Shown here one piece after another: positions 25,081 through 32,000 of a DNA stretch of 32,000 nucleotides. The position numbers and the translations under genes were made by a program. Positions within the stretch are counted from its first letter, which is position 1. The number at the start of each line of letters is the position of its first letter. The notes beneath the pieces were generated by a model. It was not told the origin of the DNA, did not search any database, and worked only from the letters and a program-made list of their open reading frames with translations. This DNA is from an archaeon (GTDB lineage Archaea > Asgardarchaeota > Thorarchaeia > Thorarchaeales > Thorarchaeaceae), in contig JAJRZD010000032.1 of assembly GCA_024275415.1 (NCBI GenBank), positions 1 to 32,000 of the forward strand, in the 5' to 3' direction.

Positions 25081-28029
25081 CTATAGAGTTATTCCTTTCC
25101 TGCGACAATAAGCCTTGTAAACCTCCAGACCTATCAGCGCTGGCAAGGTTGCCATGAAGGCGATGAACCAATCAAAGTATGTCAGGGGTAAGAAATAGAA
25201 TTCAAAGCCGGGGAGTGCCCCGACGAGGATCTCTTGGGCTAGTGGATTGTACATCAGCAGCAGAAATGCCATTATAATAAGTCCCAGCAACACAACGTAT
25301 CGGATGATTCCAGGCTCTGAAACAGACTTGTGGAAGGGTAGATTTACCCTTCGAATGATCAAGACCAATGTGCTTTCGAATATCAGTATCATGGTAAGCA
25401 GCATCGTTGTTGCTTTTGCTATCTGCAAATCCCAGCCAAATGGAAGTTGGGCTTCTTGACTATAATAGCCAGTCAAATTCTCAGGTACCAGCGCTAGTGG
25501 GTCACCCGGCTGAGCATTGAATGCAAGTGCGTACACTATCGAAGTGCCAATGACCATTAGAAAAACACCAACACCCATGAGTACAGCAAGCCGTCTCGTG
25601 ATAATGTCCTCACTATCTCGCGGCTTCTCCTCCATCGCCCGCGGTGAAGTCTTATCAAAGACAAGTGCCAATCCAGGGAACGAATGGGTTGTTGCCACGA
25701 GAAGAAGGCTTTGCCAAGAAGTCAGCATGTTGAATCCGGCAGGAAGGAGAAACAGAGCTCCGAAGAATATGATGGACTCAAAGAGATTGATGGCGATGTA
25801 GAAGAAGACCATCATCCGGATCTTGTTGAAGAGACCTCGACCCTCGTGTACCCCTGTGACGATAGACGCAAAACTATCATCCGTGATGACAATATCTGCT
25901 GCTTCCTTTGCTACGTCAGTGCCTGTTATTCCCATCGCAATCCCGGCATCACTCATAGCTAGGGCAAGAGCATCGTTCACGCCATCCCCAGTCATTGCCA
26001 CGACCTTGTTCTGATCCTGATATCGTTCGACAATCAGCTGCTTGTGCTCAGGGTTTACTCTGGCAAAGACATTCACGCGCTGGAAGTCATCCTCGGAAAT
26101 CTCAGCAATCTGGGAACCTTCGACAGCAAGCGAGCCGGGTCTGTAAATGTTCAGGTTACTGGCTATTGTCTTTGCTGTGGCGGCTGCATCCCCAGTTATC
26201 ATAATAACATTGATGCCAGCACTGTGGCACTCGCAAACCGCTTCCTTGACACCCTCTCGCGGTGGATCCACAATACATGCGAAACCTAGGTAGACGAGGT
26301 CTCGTTCAACTTGGTCACGTGCGTCAGGGACTGATGGCAGAACGTCCATCGTACGGTATGCAAGGGAAATGACTCTATAGCCTTTCGCTGCGAACCCATT
26401 GGTGAGGTCGGCAATCTGACCGCGGACATCATCCGTCAACAATGTCAGCGTTCCCGAATTGTTGTAATGAGTGCACCGAGGAAGCATGACTTCCGTTGCC
26501 CCTTTGGTAAAGACGATGTACTTTGAGTCGTGATTACAAATCTTCGACATGCGTTTGTATTGAGAGTCGAAGGGAAATTCCATCTCGACCTGATAGTTAT
26601 CCTTCACTTCATTCTCGTTCATTCCACTCTTTCGAAATAGGGTCAAAAGAGCTGCATCTGTAGGATCGCCAACAGCCATATAGACTGGCCCTTGGTCGGG
26701 GATGTCCTTTGTGATGATGGCAGAGTCATTATTGATTCCGCCACATAGTAGCAACAGTCGCAAGTTGTCATATGACTCGACGCCCAGCAATGGTGATGTG
26801 TTTTCAGTGTCCAGATTGTCGTATGTGACATCATCACCTAATCTCAGGATCTCTCCATCAGGTTCGTAACCATTGCCCGTGACAGTATAAAGGTGATTCA
26901 TATCCCAGATGTATTTCACAGTCATCTCATTTTTAGTCATGGTGCCAGTCTTATCCGAGCAGATGACACTGACACGCCCCAAGCTCTCAACAGCAGAGAG
27001 GTCTCTGATGATGACACCTTGCTTTGCCATCGCAAGAACGCCTGTAAGGAGGACTATCGTGGTAAGCAACGGGATGTTGATGGGCATTATCGTCATTGCT
27101 TTAGTGATTCCCGCCGTTATCGTGTCAATAATCTCATCGAAGCTCTCGACTCCAGGGGAACCAGTGAAGAAGGGGCCGAGAAAGGTGGCCCATGAGATGG
27201 AAACGAGCATCAGAAAGACTGCTGCAATCCCAAGGAGTTTCGCCAAGAGGTTCACTTTCTTTCTGAGGGGGATATCGCCAGTATTAAGCTCCTCGAGTGT
27301 GCCCTGTATCTTGCCAATCTCTGTCGCTCCGCCTGTTGTAGTTGCCACCACTTTTGCGGTTCCTGTGGCGATATACGTACCTAGGAATACCATGTTGTGC
27401 ATGTCTGTCAGGGGTGCATCTGCATCAACCACCACATGAGCGTCCTTTGTGACGGGGACGCTCTCACCAGTCAAAGATGCCTCATTTGCGGCCAGATTCG
27501 AACATTGGATGATCCGACCGTCAACGGGGATTCGGTCACCCTGTTCGAGCTTAAGGATGTCGCCAGGCACAATATCTGCTGGATCGACTTTCATTTCTTC
27601 ACCATCGCGGATGACCCGTGCATCACCAGCAGAGAGCTTCTCCAAAGCTTCGAGCTTTTTCTGAGCCCTGAATTGCTGGAAGATAGCAACGATACAGTTC
27701 ACGGCCACAATGACCAGCCAGAACATAGCCTGTTCGAATTGAGAATTCTCCGTTGGGAACATAAAGGCGAGGAAAACAAGTGCAAATGAGCTCAGCAGAT
27801 AGATGGTAATCAACCAGTTCAGTATTGGGGCAAGGTAAACCTTCCAGAATGAGCCTTTGACCTTTGGAATGACATTCGGTCCATATCTGTGAAGCCTTTG
27901 TTCGACCTCGTCCTGAGAAAGACCATAATCGGGGTTCACTGACAAGACCTGCAGGACTTGATCCGGGGTCATAGCGTGATACTGTTGAGTCTTTGGTTCG
28001 AGTTCGATGGTGGATTGCTGCTCGGACAA
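25081..28029 (-). CDS. P-type ATPase, P2A (SERCA-like) scaffold with non-canonical ion-binding residues
   Basis: YGPN, LTGES, CSDKTGT (26941-26955), FPFDSQYKRM, TKGA, DPPR, MITGD, FARVNP, MTGDGVNDA, ITDDSF. TM4 reads PINIP. TTG 28029 start preferred (GAGGT upstream); the ORF track starts at 28104. Confidence 0.93.
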   Translation of the reverse strand: MSEQQSTIELEPKTQQYHAMTPDQVLQVLSVNPDYGLSQDEVEQRLHRYGPNVIPKVKGSFWKVYLAPILNWLITIYLLSSFALVFLAFMFPTENSQFEQAMFWLVIVAVNCIVAIFQQFRAQKKLEALEKLSAGDARVIRDGEEMKVDPADIVPGDILKLEQGDRIPVDGRIIQCSNLAANEASLTGESVPVTKDAHVVVDADAPLTDMHNMVFLGTYIATGTAKVVATTTGGATEIGKIQGTLEELNTGDIPLRKKVNLLAKLLGIAAVFLMLVSISWATFLGPFFTGSPGVESFDEIIDTITAGITKAMTIMPINIPLLTTIVLLTGVLAMAKQGVIIRDLSAVESLGRVSVICSDKTGTMTKNEMTVKYIWDMNHLYTVTGNGYEPDGEILRLGDDVTYDNLDTENTSPLLGVESYDNLRLLLLCGGINNDSAIITKDIPDQGPVYMAVGDPTDAALLTLFRKSGMNENEVKDNYQVEMEFPFDSQYKRMSKICNHDSKYIVFTKGATEVMLPRCTHYNNSGTLTLLTDDVRGQIADLTNGFAAKGYRVISLAYRTMDVLPSVPDARDQVERDLVYLGFACIVDPPREGVKEAVCECHSAGINVIMITGDAAATAKTIASNLNIYRPGSLAVEGSQIAEISEDDFQRVNVFARVNPEHKQLIVERYQDQNKVVAMTGDGVNDALALAMSDAGIAMGITGTDVAKEAADIVITDDSFASIVTGVHEGRGLFNKIRMMVFFYIAINLFESIIFFGALFLLPAGFNMLTSWQSLLLVATTHSFPGLALVFDKTSPRAMEEKPRDSEDIITRRLAVLMGVGVFLMVIGTSIVYALAFNAQPGDPLALVPENLTGYYSQEAQLPFGWDLQIAKATTMLLTMILIFESTLVLIIRRVNLPFHKSVSEPGIIRYVVLLGLIIMAFLLLMYNPLAQEILVGALPGFEFYFLPLTYFDWFIAFMATLPALIGLEVYKAYCRRKGITL

Positions 28030-28224
28030 TGTCAGAACCTCTTCATAGGTGCATTGGATGAAAGGACTTGCCATTGATAAATGAACTTGTAATCTATAGT
28101 CCATCCCACCGCTTTCATTTGTATTTGGTAAGCTCCATCCCTTTTGAAGATTATTGATACCATTTTCGACAGGTTCTTGTGCTTTTGCTATTGGTCAAGT
28201 AGTACCTTAACAAGAGGTGTCAAG

Positions 28225-30198
28225 ATGGCTATCTATTATGATATTCCACCAGAGCAAACGAAGTCCAGCGGTAGCAGGAAAATAGTAGCAGTGATCATCA
28301 TCATCCTGATTCTCCTATCGACGGGAGTCATGGCCCTTTTCCAATTCATTCCCTCATTTGGGTCATTTTTTAACAGTGGTTCGGTTCGTGTAGCAGTCAT
28401 CGATTCAGGACTTGACCAAGACGTTTCTATTTCAGGGAGGGTGGTTGCAGAACAAAGTTTCATACTGCCACAATATGGGTACAACATCACAGACTCGTCC
28501 ACATCAGATTCAAACCCTGATGATGGTGCTGGAAATAACGTAAGACATGGCACTATGGTGACAAGAGCCCTGCTCCAAAATAGTGACAGTGCCCAGATTG
28601 TGGTTGCGAAAGTCATCGATTCATCGGGCCACGCTACTGCCAGTGCATTGGTAGCTGCAATATACTGGGCGGTGGAACAGAATAGCACAGTAATCAACAT
28701 GAGCCTCGGTACAAGTCCGTCCTTCGGCGATCCCTTACAAGATGCAGTAGAGTATGCATTCTCGAAAGGCGTCATCGTCGTTTCAGCTGCAGGAAATGAG
28801 GGGGAGAACGGCATAGCAGGGAATAGCATCAGCTCACCAAGTGTCTTCTCGAAGGTCATCTCCGTAGCTGCATTGGACGAGAAAGGGGAACCTGCGTATT
28901 ATTCAAGTTGGGGACCAACTGCCGATAGGAGCATGAAGCCAGACATCGCGATAGAGGGCTTCTTCGAGACCTCCAGTGCGATCTATTATGGAACGAGTTT
29001 TGCGGCACCAAGGGTCTCAGCCTATGTGGCCGAACTTGTGGCGTATTGCCAGAGCAAAGGGTACGAATATACACCGGGATTGATAATGGCAGCCTTATTC
29101 GAGGGAGCGACACCTCTGAACTATCCAGAATACATTGTTGGTGCTGGAAAGGCAAACTTGCAACAGTCAATGAACATCATAGATGCAGCATCAATCCAAG
29201 ATGGCCTTCCACGTCTCATCAGTGTGGACACAAGTGGGTTGCCTCTTGACTTCGAAACTCTATTCCAAGGCGATAACTACACATTCAACGTTGAGATAAC
29301 CACATCGACAGTATCAGAGGTCACAATCTCACTCATTGACATTGCTGAGGGAATCGTCGAGATACCAAGTCCGGTGAACATCAATCAAGTCGGAACCGTT
29401 CCTCTCTCGATCCATGTCCCGATGAGCTCGTCGCCAATCAGCGGGATGGTGTTTATCGAGGATGCATACTCGAATGCCACAGTGAGGGTTGAAATCACTC
29501 CTCAAGTAGCGGTAGCAAGGATAGCGTTCGATATCACGCACACCCCTTGGAATATAGATACTACCTATGGACAATTCAAGGAGCTTTACATCCAACTCAC
29601 AGAACAGGACATATCTGTAACGGAGATTAGGGACAGGAACCTTCTGACGGCAGAGTACCTCTCTCTCTTTGATGCCGTATTCATGCTAGACCCAAGTGCA
29701 TGGGACAGAAATGACACAGACTACAATAATCCAACGGCATTCTCCATTCCTTTCACTCCTGATGAGATTGATGCTTATGAGGAGTATTTCCTCGATGGCG
29801 GTGGAATCTTCATAACTGCACTGGATAACAGTAGCTTGGACATTGAATCGTTGAACGGGTTCCTAGAATGGACTGGCGCATCTGTTGCATATGATTCTGT
29901 CCCAGGAACTATTGGTGTGGTTGAGATAACTGACGTGGTCGCACATCCGATAACAGTAGGTGTTAGCTCCTTTGACTATCTTGGAGCGTCCATTTTGACT
30001 AATTCAAGTTACACCACACTTGGAAGATTCAGTGGGAAGACTGTCCTAGCAGCCTTTGAGGGAACATCTGGTGGACGGATCGTCATCACAGGAACCAACT
30101 TCTTCATCGATAACTGGGGAATGAAGGGGATGTACGGATCACCTGATGATGATGTTCTCTCACTACGAATCGGTCTATGGTTAACTGGACTCATGTGA
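28225..30198 (+). CDS. Membrane-anchored subtilisin-like (S8) serine protease with a C-terminal GIFT/GATase-like domain
   Basis: Triad VAVIDSG (D), RHGTMV (H), GTSFAAP (S); oxyanion SAAGN; N-terminal TM helix; C-terminal RIAFDITH...FDAVFMLDP...FTPDEID.YEEYFLDGGGIFI...GRIVITG. GAGGTG before ATG 28225. Confidence 0.9.
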   Translation: MAIYYDIPPEQTKSSGSRKIVAVIIIILILLSTGVMALFQFIPSFGSFFNSGSVRVAVIDSGLDQDVSISGRVVAEQSFILPQYGYNITDSSTSDSNPDDGAGNNVRHGTMVTRALLQNSDSAQIVVAKVIDSSGHATASALVAAIYWAVEQNSTVINMSLGTSPSFGDPLQDAVEYAFSKGVIVVSAAGNEGENGIAGNSISSPSVFSKVISVAALDEKGEPAYYSSWGPTADRSMKPDIAIEGFFETSSAIYYGTSFAAPRVSAYVAELVAYCQSKGYEYTPGLIMAALFEGATPLNYPEYIVGAGKANLQQSMNIIDAASIQDGLPRLISVDTSGLPLDFETLFQGDNYTFNVEITTSTVSEVTISLIDIAEGIVEIPSPVNINQVGTVPLSIHVPMSSSPISGMVFIEDAYSNATVRVEITPQVAVARIAFDITHTPWNIDTTYGQFKELYIQLTEQDISVTEIRDRNLLTAEYLSLFDAVFMLDPSAWDRNDTDYNNPTAFSIPFTPDEIDAYEEYFLDGGGIFITALDNSSLDIESLNGFLEWTGASVAYDSVPGTIGVVEITDVVAHPITVGVSSFDYLGASILTNSSYTTLGRFSGKTVLAAFEGTSGGRIVITGTNFFIDNWGMKGMYGSPDDDVLSLRIGLWLTGLM

Positions 30199-30225
30199 GC
30201 GATGTGTTTCTCCGTACACGTCGCT
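30198..30225 (+). terminator. Hairpin directly after the protease stop codon
   Basis: AGCGATGTGT / ACACGTCGCT: 10-bp stem with one G-U pair, 8-nt loop. Confidence 0.4.
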
Positions 30226-30451
30226 TGCTGGATTTAGGAAGCTTAAAAGGGAGGATGTATATTGTTAAGGTACAAAAAACGAGTCGAAGTCGGATAAAAA
30301 TCTGAGTCCGGATTCGTCCGGATTCTGGTTAGCTGGTGGTCAGGCAATCTGTTCACCAGCTATCCGCACATTCATTCTGCTTGGTTATAATCATCATATT
30401 TACATAGCACATACCTTTGTCATCTTGCTCAACAAAGGAGATTGCATTGAC

Positions 30452-31666
30452 TTGGCCAAGATAACAAAGGCGTCCTACGGTGTTTTGATTGCATGTACAA
30501 TCTCTCACTTCATGAATCATCTCTATACAGGTGCGCTCTCTCCTTTCTTGCCCCTTATCCGTGATGAGCTGGGACTTACGCTGACTGAGGCAGGTGTCCT
30601 CACAAGTGCAGTCATCGTCACAATGACCTCTGCCCACCTAGTTGTGGGATATATGGGTGATAAAGGATGGCGGGATATTTTGATCTCGGTGAGCGTCATA
30701 CTATCTGCTGTTGTGATGCTAATAGAGAGTTTCGCCACAAGTTTTTTGTTCCTAGTAGGAACACAGGTAGCATTGGGTTTTGCGGTGTCAGGATATCATC
30801 CCTCTGCATTCCCAGCAATCTCAAAGAAGTTCCCCCGAAATGCAAGAGCCAAGGCCATTGGGTTCAATGCTGCTGGGGGTCTTGTGGGAATGGCAATCAC
30901 ACCATTCCTCGGAGTATTTCTCTTGGTAGTCCTTGGTGGTTGGAGAAACCCGCTATTTACACTGGGCTTGATGGGGGTTGCATTGTTCATCCCGATCCTG
31001 TTGTTGATGAGGTATGCAGACAACCAAGCGAAAAATGATTTCGAGAACGGGGAGGTGGAGGACGAAGGCCCACAAGTTGGATGGACACGGAATTATTTCA
31101 TAGCAATCATATTTATGGGTCTCAGAAGCATCCCGTTCCGTTCGACGACATTGATGATGCCGATATACCTTGTGGACAGTTACGGATACGAGCCAGTCTG
31201 GGCGGGCTCACTGACCGCAATCATGTTGATGGCAGGTCTGTTTGGAGAATTAGTGTCTGCACCCATATCAGACCGGTCAGGAAAACGCGTACCGTACATG
31301 TTCCTCTCTGTCGTCAGCATGGTGCCCTTGTTCCTAATGCTGAACTTGGCACTTGAGCCACTACCGCTACTTCTTGTCCTCATAGGTATCGGATTCATCT
31401 ATTTCTTTGGAGTACCTCCAGGTCAGGCATTCGAAACTGAGGTGACGCCCACTGAGAAACAAGGACTGGCATTCGGATTGCTATTCTCAGTAGGTGCGAT
31501 TCCAGGGTCTCTTGCACCAGCCATCTTTGGCTGGATTGGCGATGTGTTCGGACTGGCATCCTCAATTCTGTTCCTGGTGATAGTGTGTGCGATTGCGTCC
31601 GTCGTAGCCCTGTTCCTGAAAGACACACCACTTGAGCATCATGTGGTTATTGCAATGGAGGAGTAG
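30452..31666 (+). CDS. Major facilitator superfamily transporter
   Basis: About 12 hydrophobic segments; GYMGDKG and PISDRSGKR (motif A variants); GYHP; RAKAIG. Start at TTG 30452 after AGGAG; 30425 is also possible. Confidence 0.9.
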   Translation: MAKITKASYGVLIACTISHFMNHLYTGALSPFLPLIRDELGLTLTEAGVLTSAVIVTMTSAHLVVGYMGDKGWRDILISVSVILSAVVMLIESFATSFLFLVGTQVALGFAVSGYHPSAFPAISKKFPRNARAKAIGFNAAGGLVGMAITPFLGVFLLVVLGGWRNPLFTLGLMGVALFIPILLLMRYADNQAKNDFENGEVEDEGPQVGWTRNYFIAIIFMGLRSIPFRSTTLMMPIYLVDSYGYEPVWAGSLTAIMLMAGLFGELVSAPISDRSGKRVPYMFLSVVSMVPLFLMLNLALEPLPLLLVLIGIGFIYFFGVPPGQAFETEVTPTEKQGLAFGLLFSVGAIPGSLAPAIFGWIGDVFGLASSILFLVIVCAIASVVALFLKDTPLEHHVVIAMEE

Positions 31667-31696
31667 AGCCAACGTTTGAATCGAGTTGAGGGAAAG

Positions 31697-32000
31697 ATGA
31701 TAGACTATCATGTCCATCCCGATTACTCCATCGATGCACAAGGCTCGATTGATGAATACTGCAAGAAAGCAGTTGAGAGAGGGTTGAAGGAAATTGCGTT
31801 CACAACGCATGTCGATACAGATCCAGAAACTGACGACTGCATCGTATCAGTTCGTGGAAAAACAATCGATGTGCGGACTTCCCGTTGGATCGAGGACTAC
31901 GAGTACGCAATCAGGGCAGCTGAGGAAACCTATGTCGAACAGGGGTTGACCGTACTCATGGGCATGGAACTGGACATATACCCCGAAGTGGTCAATAACC
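31697..32000 (+). CDS. PHP-domain phosphatase (HisJ/histidinol-phosphatase-like), 3'-partial
   Basis: Absent from the ORF track. MIDYHVHPDYSIDAQGSIDEYCKKAVERGLKEIAFTTH...LMGMELD carries the PHP HxH, D, H and GxE motifs; GAGGG upstream. Confidence 0.9.
   Translation, partial: MIDYHVHPDYSIDAQGSIDEYCKKAVERGLKEIAFTTHVDTDPETDDCIVSVRGKTIDVRTSRWIEDYEYAIRAAEETYVEQGLTVLMGMELDIYPEVVNN

Noticed and set aside
25081-28029. Calling the ATPase a true P4 flippase or a plain Ca2+-ATPase
   Set aside because: It has TGES rather than the P4 DGET motif and keeps acidic TM5/TM8 residues, so it is not P4; loss of E309/N796/D800 equivalents argues against a standard Ca2+ pump.
2530-31810. The many nested or antisense ORFs in the track (e.g. 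2530-3012, 8382-8786, 10547-11080, 15959-16462, 20708-21220, 26909-27439, 28236-28859)
   Set aside because: They lie within or opposite well-supported genes and show no family motifs.

Overview
Gene-dense archaeal window, most consistent with an Asgard archaeon (Thorarchaeia-like). This is inferred from archaeal TATA boxes about 30 bp before start codons, a thiolase+DUF35 pair, an Lrp regulator, and a CxxC...H...H/'YVDKNYMVRG' domain of a type I associate with Asgard proteins. Contents, left to right: (1) a partial coiled-coil protein with exact 33-bp and 54-bp coding repeats; (2) a reductive pyrimidine catabolism cluster (class III aminotransferase, beta-ureidopropionase-type nitrilase, dihydropyrimidinase) with an unexplained membrane protein + Zn/DENN-like pair inside it; (3) a radical SAM gene, an MNT-HEPN toxin-antitoxin pair and a DUF5071-like protein; (4) DUF35 + Cys-less thiolase; (5) an AT-rich patch and a probable IS607 tnpA remnant; (6) a membrane-anchored EEP nuclease/phosphatase, a thioredoxin-fold protein and a kinase-M23-aminotransferase fusion; (7) Lrp/glnA, SCP2, DUF1858, panB; (8) a membrane-anchored protein with about 11 winged-helix repeats (UFL1/DDRGK1-like), a SERCA-like P-type ATPase with a rewritten ion-binding site (PINIP for PEGLP), and a divergent S8 protease with site-1-protease-like architecture; (9) an MFS transporter and a partial PHP phosphatase. 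Two otherwise intact enzyme genes each carry one in-frame stop (TAA at 2449-2451, TAG at 11285-11287). I recognised no rRNA, tRNA or CRISPR array. All family assignments are motif recognition by eye, without database searches.
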